Below, one piece after another: positions 26,373-39,291 of a stretch of DNA of 64,000 bases. How positions within the stretch are numbered: the first letter of the stretch is position 1; each line of letters starts with the position of its first letter. Origin of the DNA: Octopus vulgaris (taxonomy: Eukaryota); the NCBI GenBank assembly GCA_951406725.2, contig OX597816.1:106702001-106766000 (forward strand). The letters run 5' to 3'. The notes under the pieces were generated by a model. The model saw nothing but the letters and a program-made list of their open reading frames with translations. It was not told where the DNA came from and searched no databases. The position numbers and the translations under genes were made by a program.

Positions 26373-26710
26373 ATCTGCTGTCCACGAAATGGGACTAGAT
26401 GATGAGAGATGGGCCTGGAAAATCAGCTGAAATTTCCATCACACATCTTAGTTTAGGAGGCCATAAGATTATTTTACTGGAGTTAACTGAGTCTGGGAGG
26501 AGAGCGAAATTCAAGGAGTTGGTAAAGGACTGCTGCGAGAAATGTTGGCGCACCGGGTCTTTGCCAGAGCAGATGGGCTGTCGATGGCTGGCAGGTCGCT
26601 TCCTTAGGAAGGCCTACGGGACCCTGGGCATTACAGGAGTTGAACAGAACTAACAGGGACAATGTTAAAACTGCAGAGACATCTGGTTGGTTCTGGCTAG
26701 AAAGAGGTTA
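26373..26710 (+). mobile_element. Hero-type (R2 group) non-LTR retrotransposon, restriction-like endonuclease fragment
   Basis: Frameshifted remnants LENQLKFPSHI, KIILLELT, RAKFKELVKDC and EQMGCRWLAGRFLRKAYGTLGITG resemble the Hero RLE consensus. Confidence 0.75.
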
Positions 26711-27274
26711 GATTTGGTTTCAGTTGAATACCATTTGGGCACAGGCAACCGAAACTAATTGAACCTCCGTCGGATCATCTGGATACCAGAGTATGTTGCA
26801 CAAATCGAAAATATTCAGTGATCCGAAGATGACGTGTCCAAAGATTGCATCCGTATATATGTTGAACTCACTTCTAAACAAAAAAATTAATTGAACAAAT
26901 ACTTTTTTTAAATATATTCTTTTCAGTAATTTCCTCAACGTTTGCTTTTACCATTATAAAGAACCAACAGAAAAAAAAAAAAAAACATTTTTGCCCCCAG
27001 ATAAATATACAGCATAACTTCTGGATTTAATCTCTAGGTAAATAATGTGTCTGCTCTCAACTGAGTCCTGATAGAGCAGACCTATAATCAATCCAACCAT
27101 AACCATCTCGTCTTATTGTAAATTTAGCACTGTATTGTGCAATGTGCCTATCCTTTTCTTTAAAAAGACAGTAGCGTTTGATTTAAGGAAGATTTGGTTG
27201 CTCTTTCTAGGAGCTGAGCGACCACGTAGAGACTCATACGTTAGTTCGCAATGTGTTCTTACACATTATAACAG

Positions 27275-27450
27275 AACAAAAGTAATCGATTGCATCGACC
27301 AAGTTTATCACTGGCGCTTAATCTATCGACCCGGGAGAGATGAAAGGCAAAAATGTACTCCGACGGGAATAGAACACAAAACGTAAAGGGACATAACTAC
27401 ATTCAACAAAGCATTTTTAGTCTGGCGCACTTTTGTTTCCACCACGCACC
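27275..27450 (-). mobile_element. SINE family A, diverged
   Basis: TCGATTGCATCGACC...ATCGACCCGGGAGAGATGAAAGGCAAA. Confidence 0.65.
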
Positions 27451-28553
27451 AGTCCTAGCCCCGATAATTAATATTTATAATTATACTTTAAATACCTAAA
27501 TAACTATAAAAAAATCTCTTTAACTCTCTTTTTTCATACTCTGTCTCCGTCTGTGTGTGTGTGTGTTTGTATGTAAGTTTATCTCTATATATCCATCCAT
27601 TTATCTACGTCACTATTTAATTGTTTGTCTACTAATCTATCTATCAATTAACCATCAATTTATGTCTATATGTGGCTATATCTATCTATATATCTATCTA
27701 TCTATCTATATGCATGTATTATACACACATATGATTATCCGTTAATCCATCTATTTATCTTCATTTGTCTATCAATCTAACCATGGATCTAAATATTCAA
27801 TTACCCATCTATATATCTATTTATGTTACTATTCTATTCAATTATCCATCAGTCCAGCTATATATATGTTCCTATTTCTCAATGCACTTATCTATCTAAA
27901 TATTGAATTATCTTCCCCTCTATGTCTTTGTCTCTCTCTATCCCTATCTATCCAAAAATTCCCTTTTTTTTCCATCTATCTGTCTGTCAATCTGTCTCCA
28001 ATTATCTATTGATCAAACGGTCAGACTATAATCTACAGCCAGTGCCCTCTATTCCAAGGACAGTTGCCATCTAGTACTGTTGCCATCTTTACGAAACAAA
28101 CCGGCTGATTCCAGAACAGATGGAATATTGATTTAAGCAAATGTTTCTTTCATTATCTTGTTGATCTCTTGTAGTCTCTTGGAAACCTGCCGGCGCTTAA
28201 GCGATAGGGGAATGTCCCAGTAATTGCAAACAATTCACGGACTTTCCGCAGTGACATCTGTATGGAATAAGACTATCACCACCCACTCTGATAGTCATTC
28301 GCTATTTCCTGTCACTTAGTAAATTACCAACATTTGCAAACCACTAAGAGTCAATGAATTACCCAATAATTTAAGAAAATAGGCGGTGATATTCGTACTC
28401 CATGAAAATGTAGCGCGAAGTCCATGAACTTGTAATTGCTGCTTAAATGGTGGTAGGTTTCTAAGAATCACGGAGATCAACAGGATAATAAAGCCGTCAT
28501 GTCTCAATCAACATTCCGACTTGTTTTGTTTTGTCTAGATGGCATAAGTGCCA

Positions 28554-28621
28554 CATAGTACGATTTTATATCCTTGGACTAGAGGACCATAGTACGATTT
28601 TATATCCTTGGACTAGAGGAC
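28554..28621. repeat. perfect 34-bp tandem duplication
   Basis: CATAGTACGATTTTATATCCTTGGACTAGAGGAC occurs twice. Confidence 0.92.
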
Positions 28622-28738
28622 ACTGCCTACTCTACCATATTACTGTAATGGATTCTTTCACTGCAGTTAATGTCCTTAACTGCATTCTTCTTTTGGGTTC
28701 TATCGTTTATCGGCGAGACAAACGAAAATTTCCAAATG

Positions 28739-30403
28739 CAGTGGTACCTTAACTTACGAGTGTCCCAACTAACGAGTTTTTCGAGATACGAGCTGTCTCT
28801 CGGCCGATTTTTTGTTTTGAGTTGCGAGCTAAAAATTCGGGTTACGAATCAGGTTCAGACATCCCACCGCTAGTTGGCGTAGCGAACGCCACAGTGAACG
28901 CTGCAACATTCGCTGATTCGAGAATTTCAAAAAGAGGACCGGCATTCACTCCCTTGTCAGGCATGGTGAAGCAGCAAGAGCCGTTATGAAGGCAGCTGAG
29001 GATTACCTCAAAACTTTTGCCAGAATTATAGCAGCCAAAGGATACATCCCCCAGCAAGTCTTCAACTGTGACGAGACAGGACGTTTTTGGAAGATGCCAA
29101 AGAGGGCTTATATAACGGTAAAGAAGAAGAAGATGCCAGGTCACAAACGCATGAAAGATAGGCTAACCCTCGCACTGTGTGCCAATGCGAGCAGCGACTG
29201 CAAGATTAAGCCGCTGCTCGTTTATCGTTCGGAAAACCCCAGAGCCTTTAAGTCACATAAGATTCTGATAGAAAAACTGCAAGTTGTGTGGTGGGCAAAT
29301 CCAAAGGCGTGGGTCACTAGGTAGTTCTCTGTGGAGCGGGTGAATTTGGTCTTTGGTCCTGGCGTTAAGAAATATCTCCAGGAAAATAACCTACCCCTGC
29401 AATCCCTTCTTATCCTGGACAATGCATCTGTTCACTGTTCATCTGTTCACCAACCTGACATCCTCGAAGGGTCCAAGTTTATAAAAGTTTTGTGCTCTTC
29501 GTCACCTCAAAGCAGCGGCGGAACAGGTGCTTGGTGAAGAGCTTCTTTAAATTAGAAATCTCCTGTTGGTCCATGGACTGCATGATAGGGGTGGTGCTGG
29601 GTGGCCTGAGGTTGTGTTTGAAATGAACTTTGAAAGACTCAAACCCGAAGCAGGAGTGGTGGAGGAGAGTGTATCTCTTGGCAAGTCCATGGGCCTGGAG
29701 GTGGATGAAGATGACGTCAATAAGCTCATCGAGAAGCACTCCAAGGAACTGATAACGAAAGAGCTAATGGAGCTACAGACGCAGCTGCACACGGAGGTTT
29801 TGCAGGAAATGGGTGACGCGGAGGAGGCGGAGGGGGTTATCTCTACAAGCGCGATAAAGGAAACGTTGAGAATGTGGGAGAAACTTTCAGACTTTATTCA
29901 AAAGAAACACCGAAGAAAAGTTGCAGATGAGCAAGCTATTTAATGACACTTGCCTAACTCATTTCAAAAGTACTCTGAAAGTGAAGATGAAACAGACTTT
30001 ATTGGACAGGTTTTTCTCGAAAACCCCTGCAGATGAAGTTGAGGAAAGTGTGGAGAAAAGGGCAAAAATCAGTTCAGCCTTTCTCATCTACCTCCGTCAA
30101 CATTCCCAAATCGTTTGATCTCCAAGGTAAATGCTGTACGAAATACTTAATAAAAACAGTTTATTGCAGTACATTCTGTTGTATTGTTTTTATACAATAT
30201 TCGTTATTTATAAGTACATGTTTATTATTAAAAAAACACGTAACAAAAAACACAAAAAAACTGCAGTGTTTTTTTGGTGGGGCCGGATCGGATTAATGGC
30301 ATTTCAATTCATTTCAATGGGAAAATTTGATTTGACATACGAGTAATTTGAGTTATGAGCTCCGTCACGGAACGAATTAAACTCGTAAGTCAAGGTACCA
30401 CTG
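28739..30403 (+). mobile_element. Tigger/pogo-family DNA transposon, defective (internal deletions and inversion)
   Basis: 23-bp TIRs CAGTGGTACCTTAACTTACGAGT (28739-28761) and ACTCGTAAGTCAAGGTACCACTG (30381-30403) match 22/23. TA follows the right end; TG precedes the left. The interior encodes pogo transposase motifs. Confidence 0.95.
28914..30118 (+). pseudogene. Tigger/TIGD1-like DDE transposase pseudogene
   Basis: Motifs FENFKKRTGIHSLVRHGEAA, VFNCDETG, MPGHKRMKDRLTLALCANASSD, NPKAWVT, LLILDNA and KQTLLDRFF. It has stops and frameshifts and lacks the N-terminal CENP-B HTH. The QSMDQ segment lies on the minus strand. Confidence 0.93.
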
Positions 30404-31768
30404 TATTCAGTTATAGCTATTTAAACATATACAACCGCACATAATCTACAATGTTCACGTTACATTTATTTCTAGAGGTTATCAAAATTTTCGTCGCCCC
30501 ACTGTGTCCTTATCACTGATACAATTCCAGTGCAACTGTTTGAAACTCTAGAACTAAATAGAAGTGTTAAAACAACAGTTTTTGTGTGTTTTTACACAGC
30601 TAAAATGACTCTTCCAAATTGCTGCAGTTTCAATACACATTTCAGATCAAATCACTTGCAGGACAATTTCAACCTCTACATATTCAATATTATATACCAA
30701 TGGCGATTTTAAAACCCAATAAATTTGAAATTCACTGGTTTGTGCAGCCCTTTATCAGGATAATTTTTATCTGATTTTGTTTAAAACTTATTGAAATAAT
30801 TAGGAAACGGCCAGAAGGTACGGGCTTTTGTTAAAAATTTTCATTATCCCTCGCAGGTAGCAATGCTGCCAACGTCCTACTCGGTGCGTATTTGCTTTTA
30901 GATGTGTGTGTTTTATATAAGAATTCATACTGATAAAAACTAAGCCCATAGATGCGAACCACTGCGGCTATACTGGGTCATCACCTTGAAGGGTTTATAT
31001 ACATACATACATGCATACATACATATATGGTGGAAGTCAACTCGTGACCGAGTAAGACCACTTCCAAACTCAATAGGGCCCTGCAAACATTCCAAGAGTC
31101 CAAGAAGTTGCTGCGCGTGAATTTATTTTCAGACGGTAAAGTGTTGTACAGCACTGAATCCACTTCTCAACACAATCGGCACAACAGAAGTGTGAAACAA
31201 CCAGAAACCAACAGCATTTTATACGTTTGCCTTCTCCTAGGGGAGAGTTTTAATGAGAAGTAAAGGTCCTTCGTTCCCAGTGGTTTACATGCTAATTAAC
31301 CCATTGTAGGGACTCTAACAGGTGCTACTACTCCAGATCAGAGTAGATCTGGGAACAATAGTAGCTAATAGGTGGTTCCGCGTTTCTCAAAACCCTGATA
31401 CACCCACCCCACCCCACTACCGGATGCAGTATAACTCATACCTAGGACATTATACACACACACACACACAAAAGAAAATCGCAGCCGGTCGCACAACCGT
31501 TTTTGAAAGCAGCTGCTGGCTGACAAAGTAAACGTGGAGATATAAACTTAACGGTTGCCAAAATAAAGTACCAGTCGGGGTTCTGTAAGAAAACCGCATC
31601 CCTCCAACCTTCACGTCTTGGACATTTCGGTAGGTCACGTATAAGTGAGTCTGTTAGCTCATAAGCATCTGAAAACACATCCACGAAAGGTATAATGAAA
31701 ACGTACACACACACACTCAAAAACGCATGCCAATGCGTGGTGATTGCGAGTAACAATTGCGCTATCTA

Positions 31769-32207
31769 CTGTATTTTCCGACATACAAGTCAACATAATA
31801 TTGAAGCGTAAACATTCAAACATCGGTACTACTTAAGAACAGTGGTCCCGGTGCGCGCACTCGCGTACTCACGCAAGCTAGTCATGACTAGTCGATCCTT
31901 AATTTGTGTTTTTGTGTTTTATTTACTTTGTTTTAAAAAAATATTTTACTTCCTATTTTTGTGTTTTATTTACTTTGCTAGGTAGTTGTAGGATCGACTA
32001 GTCATGACTAGCTAGCGCGGATGCGCGAGTACGCGAGTGCGCACACCGGGACCACTGTTCTTAAGTAGTACCTGAAACATCGTCACTACCTTTCCACATC
32101 CTATTGCATTTCACATGGAAATTTTGGTCTTGGTGTATAAATTGAACAATCATTTTGGACTGTAAATTTCAATCTGAAAAATTCGATTTGTATGCCAGAA
32201 AATAGGG
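31769..32207. mobile_element. Tc2/pogo-like MITE (host of the Merlin-like insertion)
   Basis: Termini TA|CTGTATTTTCCGACATACAAGTC ... GATTTGTATGCCAGAAAATAGGG. Homologous to the uninterrupted copy at 56033-56252. Confidence 0.7.
31825..32072. mobile_element. Merlin-like MITE nested in another MITE
   Basis: ~75-bp TIRs start GGTACTACTTAAGAACAGTGGTCCCGG. The 9-bp TSD is TCAAACATC (31816-31824) / TGAAACATC (32073-32081). GGNRM termini with an 8-9 bp TSD fit Merlin. Confidence 0.8.
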
Positions 32208-32936
32208 AAATGTTTCTTTTCCTTTTATTTATGATCTTTGAGAAAGTATTGGCTATTATGTCTAGCATGTGAAGGACCACATACAAGCTCCCAACGCTGC
32301 TTCCTGCCTCAGTTGTGAGCCATTTCACTTCACTTTTGTTCACTTTGTGAAAGAAAGGCATGAATATCACAGCTAGCACTTTTACCGTTTCTCCTTAATT
32401 CAATCACCGGATCACTCAAACAGCCAACTGCTGTATTGCTGAATGTCAATGATTATAAATCTTCAAACAAAATTGCAGTCACTTGATTTGATGTCTGAAA
32501 CTATTTATTGTGCGGCTGCGTTTGAAATAATAAATAGTTTATCAGTTCACAACCACCACAGCTTGACAACAACTGCCAATAATTTACTTAGCGGATTAAA
32601 AGGGATTAGAAGGCTTCCGATATTTAATTGACACGATCCGATACATTGTAGTTATCTATTTTATTGACTCGTGAGAAGGCGAAAAATCTACGCTGCTTCG
32701 TTATTAAGGACTTGCATTCATTTTGTGATTTACTTCCCTTTAAAAACGTCCCTCGTTGTTTAGCGCTACGTCAGCTCTGATCGAACAAACTTTATCCTAT
32801 GGTCAAAGGCATCCATGTTATTCCAGAGATTCACTATTGGGCAATTCTTGTTTCAAAACATGTATATTAGTAGGTACAGTGCAGCACACCAGAATCGACT
32901 TTGATTAAGCCGGTTAAATAGAATTATTGGGGTTAA

Positions 32937-33269
32937 AGTAATCCACTAGACATCGCCCCCACCCCAAGAGGAAACAAAAAAGAGAAAAGAAAAACGTATG
33001 GAGTTGTATCAATGTTAAAAATGGTGGTCGTAGCAAATTTCATTAAAAACCATCCATTTTTCTGGAAGTTATCAGGAAACAGAATCGGCTCGAGTGAATT
33101 ATCGAAACTCCTCCCCTTCTTTCCACGAAAAAAAAATTTCAAGATAAATTCCGATACAATCGGAATCTGAGTCATCTGGAAAGTATTTGTAGAACATTCC
33201 ATTAAAAAAAATATCCATTTTTATGAAAGTTATGAGGAAACAAATTCTGTAGAGGGTACACTTGTGTAG
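32937..33269 (+). mobile_element. Kolobok-like MITE, copy 1
   Basis: Starts TTAA|AGTAATCCACTAGACA, the inverse (14/16) of the end of the homologous copy at 35605-35620. Confidence 0.45.
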
Positions 33270-35260
33270 GCAGAATGTTGATATCAATAGTACTCAACAA
33301 GAAAAACGGGTTCTAACTGACCATCCCATTTATTTTTCCGAGACACAATATATCTAGGATTACATTATCCAATACATTCTTCGTCAAAAAGATGCTGAGG
33401 TTTGATTTGAAGGAGATTTATTTGGCTACTAGAGCAGGTAGAAAGACCATGTTAAAGCTCTGTTGAAGTGTAACCAAATCTTCACATTCTTCTTTACTAT
33501 CTTAGAAATAGTGGTATGTACACTATAAAGTAGTCCTGAATTTAAGAATAAAAAGAAGACGTGATGGTTACAGCTTAAATGTCAGGCGAACGATATAGGT
33601 TTGTCACAGAATTATATTTCTTCAACTTATAGCCGCCATCAGTACTTAGGCTGAAGTTTAGTACAAATGGGAAAAAAAGAACATATCTATGAGTTGTGCT
33701 TAGTCCAGTGACGGCGAACACTTTTAGCTCGGGATATCGAAATTATAATATCTTTAGCAATCTCATTATTGATATTGTTTCAGATGAATGCTTGTAGATA
33801 AACTTTTTATGACGATCGAGCTAGAAGATTTTTTTTTCTTCTCTAAACCCATCACTATACCACAACAAAACAGTGTCACTGTTGACTAGGGGCTTCGTAA
33901 GAAGTGTTGAAAAAATGACCAAGGTTTCTTTGGCGTCTCAGATGCTGCTGCCTCCTCTCAAAATTCAAAGGGACTGGAAATTGTTTCTGATTGAGGGGGC
34001 GGGGCCTTGGCTATTCGGATCCAGTAGAACCCCTCTCTTATAGACCCTTCTGTTTGCATGTCTGTCATCGTCCCACCTTCATTGGCCAAGTCGTTGAGTA
34101 CTTATAAATCGATCAGTGCTGACTGGGGGCTACACGATAACAGCATGAGCGAGAAGAAGATTGGAGAGGTTTGACATTCAATATGTGCGATTGGGGTATG
34201 GATGGACTGGGTGCACTAAGTTCGATCCTATTTCGATTAAGCCATTTCACTTTATTTACTCAACCTTTTCTTTGTATCAATGACTTACATTCGTAAGCAG
34301 CAACTAAATGAATAGATGATGGAACGTAGGGTCTTGGTCTGGTTAAATTATCCAAGACAGGCCATTATATATAAAGGCAACACTTTCATATATTCTTCGA
34401 ATGAGACAACGTTTTCATTTTAATCTACTAACCTACAACCAAAACGAGAACACTATTTGTTGTATCTTCCAACACTCCCAGACAAAGGGCAACCCCTCCC
34501 CCCCCCCGAAAAGTTAGATTTGTTTGCCACTCCTCAATAACCGTCCTCATCGAATCTTCTATATACTCGTTATTTGGACAAAAACTCTTGTGCAATATGG
34601 AAAGCAGTTGCTGACTGTGGTTTAACTCCCGATTTTAAAAACGTTACAAATGTTTAGAAAGAATCTTGATTACGTCCCTTCCATCAATCTTTAGTACTCG
34701 TTTAGCAGACAGAGCTAATGGCTGGCTTTGCTTCATGAATACTCTTTCAGTTACTCCAGAGCAGTTTTGCACTGTCGCACTCACTTGAATGTAAATGCAC
34801 GTATAGTTCATATAAGCCAGATTTAAGTCAATGAGGGATCTTCTACATGATTGCTTGACTTGCTAAAAGTAGCAGACGAATCTCCTTCAAATCACACCCC
34901 GCCGTCTTAGTAGAGAAAAGACACATTAGATAATACAAACTGAATATCTTCTAAAAAGACGATATGGTCGCAGCAAGAATGTTTTCAATTAGGAGCTTAC
35001 TCAATCGAGAGTAACCGGGGCTGAAAAACAACAACTAAACACGCCTTCACGTAGACATTTAATTATCTAAAAATGGCAACCAAATATCACTCAAATGACA
35101 TCTTATAATCATAAAAATAGAAGATCATGCATTGATAATTTAGGGTGAAATAGTAACAACACTTTGAAAGACTGAGACCGAATCTACTTCAAATCCATTT
35201 TATGGAGAAAAAACAACAAAAATGACACCTTGAATAATGTAGTCCTTGATACACTCTGTC

Positions 35261-35291
<31 letters not shown>

Positions 35292-35369
35292 TTGACGGTC
35301 ACAGTTGATTAAGGTTGACTTGAAGCTGAATATATATGTATACCTTATATGTAAATTACATATATACAT

Positions 35370-35620
35370 TCTCCCCCACCCCACCTCTCTCGTTAAAACA
35401 CTAAATTGCGATATTATCGCAATCTATACCATCTGAAATATCCACTTCGTGTGAATTATCCGAAACTCCTCACACCTATATTGAATAACTTTTTTTGCAA
35501 TAAATGCCCATATAATCAGAATATATACCATTTGAAAGGTATTTGTAGAAAATTTCATTAAAAAATATTCATTTTTATGAACAAAAAATTGGAGGGAGTA
35601 CAATTGTGTAGTGGTTTACT
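35370..35620 (+). mobile_element. Kolobok-like MITE, copy 2 (5' eroded)
   Basis: Shares GTGAATTATC(C)GAAACTCCTC and GTATTTGTAGAA...CATTAAAAAA blocks with copy 1. Ends TGTGTAGTGGTTTACT. Confidence 0.45.
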
Positions 35621-35891
35621 GCAATAGCTATTGTTGCTCCTAGTATTGTTAACTGCTTCTCTAGAATATTTTCTTGTGTGGGGAACGGGAATACTCATAG
35701 TTTTGTAGACTTTGTCAGACCAATAAAATCTGATTGATAATGTTCAGCTTGACTGTTTGCAGGCTGACGACTGTAGGGTTAATGTACACTACGAGAAAAC
35801 TCCAGAAGAGTTTTAGTTCCGGGAAGGAAGGATCTGCATAAAAATTTACCACTCTGTGGAGATGACATAAGGAGGAGTCATGTAGGCTGGG

Positions 35892-36213
35892 CAGTAGCGT
35901 AGCTAAGGGGGTGAGGTAGTGCTACTAGTTTTATAACTGATTGCACTGAAAAGTGGTTTCAGTGCTGCACAATGCTTTATCCATTCAAAACAAATGCACA
36001 CACACAGGAACTTCTTGGATTCTTGGAATATTTGCACTGACTTGTTGAGTGGTCTTACTCGGTCACGAGTTGACTTCGACCATATGTGGGGCACAAGAGC
36101 GATCCGTCCTGGGCGAAGCTTTTATGAGGTGCAACACTTTTGAATTTGCTGTATAAACCTTTATAGGCCGCAATGGCCTAGGGAAGGCGGTACACACTCT
36201 AGCTACGCCATAG
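35892..36213. mobile_element. hAT MITE with an extra internal segment
   Basis: TIRs CAGTAGCGTAGCTA / TAGCTACGCCATAG and 8-bp TSD AGGCTGGG/AGGCTTGG. Related to 39292-39462. Confidence 0.75.
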
Positions 36214-37362
36214 AGGCTTGGTGTGGGGCTGTATTGATTCTGCCCTATGGTAAGAAGTCCGAACTGAACAGACCTGTAATCAAAGGTATTCAAGCTTTTT
36301 TCTTTCTTTTCCTAAAACAGTGTATTAGGGTGTAACGTATGATTTAAAGGAAATTTGGCTGCTCTTTCCAGTAGGTCAAACTACTGTTTGATTTGTATGG
36401 TTGGGGATTTCTAGAACGACTATTAATTTATGTTAGGGATACTTGAAGTTAACTGTTGTGTTGCCCCTAACATTAGGTAATTCTCATTCTTAAGAAGGAG
36501 GAATATGGTCTGAGGGTGATTTGGCTGCAGTTTCTTACTAGTTGGATGATTTACTAAAAACAGCAACCAAGTCTATATACCCCTCTTCCTATTAACTCGT
36601 CATAAATGTATAGCCAGCCATCGACCGAGAACTCGCACAGCGTGACAGAATGTACCATGTTTTCGCTAATTGGTTTAGATGCCTGCAGAGTCACAAGCAG
36701 ATATTGACGTCCTCCCAGTCCCTTTACCCTTGTCCCAGTGGAACATCCAGGATGTGAGAGTGGGAAGTTAAAGAGCTGCACTAACACCCGGCTAGTATTC
36801 ATTTGTGTTGAGTATACGGGGACAACGTGAAACGAAGGCTAAGCACTAAGCTGAATACTAGGCTACGCATCTTTACTCAACGGTATATCGATAGCTTTTT
36901 AAGCACCTGGGTGTGAGCCATAATTTCAGTATTCCATTTCCAAACAATATGGGTGAAGAATGCCTCAAAATAGTGTTCTGCATAAATATGGGAACGTTTC
37001 ACATATGTAACTTCGCAAGTTAGAAATCTTCGGCCAACTGACACTATCCAACAAGGGGAATGACTCCACTAAGTTCAATTGATACATTTGTTCGACATGC
37101 AGCTGTTTAGAGAGTAGAAACTGGCAGTCGGGACGTTCTACGTTTCCACAGTAGGTTATTATCATCAATTCATAAAATATTAAAAGTTGGCAAAGTTTTC
37201 AAAATATAGCGGAAGTAGTCCAAAAATAAATTGAACCAGGAACCATGTGGTTAGAAAGCAAACTTCTTACCACAGAGCCAAACCTATGCATACCTATTTA
37301 CACACACACCCACACAAATATATACTATATATACATACATATGCATATAAGTATACATACGC

Positions 37363-37598
37363 ACGTGTGGCATAGTGGTTAGGGTGATGGATTCATGATC
37401 GTAAGATTGTGGTTTCGATTCTTGAAACAGGGATTGCGTGGGGTTCTTGAGCAAAACCCTTTATTTCCCATTGCTCCAGTCCACTCAACTGGTAAAAATG
37501 AGTAATCCTGCGACGGACCAGTGTCCCATCCAGGGAGGAATATTCATGTTACGGAAGCCGGGAAAACGGCTCTATGTGTCTATATGACTCGGGAAGGA
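37363..37598 (+). mobile_element. tRNA-SINE related to 22000-22245
   Basis: GTGGCATAGTGGTTAGGG...GGTTTCGATTC...TTCTTGAGCAAAAC...CCTGCGACGGAC. Confidence 0.8.
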
Positions 37599-37629
37599 TC
37601 TTTATATATACATATATATATACACACAC

Positions 37630-37660
<31 letters not shown>

Positions 37661-37837
37661 CAAGAAACCCCAACAAATTTTTCTTGGGTTTTTTCCCTGG
37701 TAAACTCTGAACTGACTGCAGAGGCATTTTATCTATAACCATCCTGTCTTTCGGACTACATTATCTAATATCTTCTCTTTCTCCAAAGTGGTGGGGATTT
37801 AACAGCTATTTCTAGCAGGTCGAGCGATAACATAGAA

Positions 37838-38279
37838 CAGTGGTTCTCAACCGGGGTCCATATGACCCTTGGAGGGTCCACGATACACAACATATTTTAA
37901 TTTTTTTTATACAATTCCTAATATTTGGTTCCAGATTTTGGTACAAGGCCAGCATATTCGGTAGAGTGTGTAAGTTGATTACATTGACCCCAGTGCTCAA
38001 CTTGTACTTATTTTAACGATCTCGAAAGGATGAAAGGCAAATTTGACCTCGGTGGAATTTGAACTCAGAATGTAAAAACGGATAAAATGTCGCCAAGCAT
38101 TTTGCCCGGTGTGCTAACGATTCTGCCAGCACTCCATCTAAACAATTCCTGATTATATTTAATTATAAAAATATAATGGGATTTTTTTTTAAAACTTCAA
38201 ATGGCTATGAGGAGGGGCCAGTAGTGTAAAAAAAAGGAATGAAAAGGGTCTAGAGGCGAAAAATGGTTGAGATTCACTG
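37838..38279. mobile_element. hAT (Charlie-like) MITE interrupted by a SINE
   Basis: TIRs CAGTGGTTCTCAACC / GGTTGAGATTCACTG and TSD ACATAGAA/GCGTAGAA. The internal SINE at ~37926-38141 is flanked by a duplicated ACAATTCCT. Confidence 0.82.
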
Positions 38280-38660
38280 GCGTAGAACATCGATTTTCAA
38301 CCTTTTATTTTTTTTTTCAGTCCAACATACACTGAATACGGTGCAAAACTGTTTATGCATATCATAAGCTTTTAAAAAGCGATATTACACACACACACAC
38401 GCACGCACACATGGACTAAACGCATGCGCACAATTATATATGCATATGAAGAACAGGCGCACATTAAAAGGTAATGAAGTACACACATACACTTTGTGTA
38501 GTTAAGTAGCATGCACACTACTACATGAATGCAAATTTCTCTCTATACAACACATAGGCATCTATGCACACGCTAACCAATTCAGATTATTATACCCCGC
38601 CCAAAAACTGCCTCGATAAAGATTTGCTACTTTCTTTATTCTGCCTAGAAAATATATATC

Positions 38661-39237
38661 TTTTCTACTCTAGGCACAAGGCCCGAAATTTTTGTGGAGG
38701 GGCCAGTCGATTAGATCGACCCCAGTACGAAAATAGTACTTAATATATCGACCCCGAAAAGTTGAAAAAGCAAAGTCGACCTCGGCGGAATTTGAACTTA
38801 GAACGTAGACAGGCGAAATACCTATTTCTTTACTACCCACAAGGGACTAAACACAGAGGGGACAAACAAGAACAGACAAACATATTAAGTCGATTATATC
38901 GACCCAGTGCGTAACTGGTAATTATTTAATCAACCCCGAAAGGATGAAAGGCAAAGTCGACCTCGGCGGAATTTGAACTCAGAATGTAGCGGCAGACGAA
39001 ATACCTATTTCTTTACTACCCACAAGGGCTACACACAGAGGGGACAAACAAGAACAGACAAACGGATTAAGTCAATTATATCGACCCCAGTGCGTAACTG
39101 GTAGTTATTTAATCAACTCCGAAAGGATGAAAGGCAAAGTCGACCTCGACAGAATTTGAACTCAGAACATAGCGGCAGACGAAATACCGCTAAGCATTTC
39201 GCCCGGCGTGCTAACGTTTCTGCCAGCTCGCCGCCTT
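38661..39237 (-). mobile_element. SINE family A concatemer (3 units)
   Basis: Same units on the minus strand, with a perfect 16-bp TSD CTAGAAAATATATATC (38645-38660, 39238-39253). Confidence 0.92.
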
Positions 39238-39291
39238 CTAGAAAATATATATCAGAGACACATACACACACGGTACATACATATATGCACA

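Noticed and set aside
28030-28545. Possible Mutator-like transposase relic upstream of Tigger
   Set aside because: Only vague minus-strand similarity and a short TGCCATCTAG inverted match; not enough to call.
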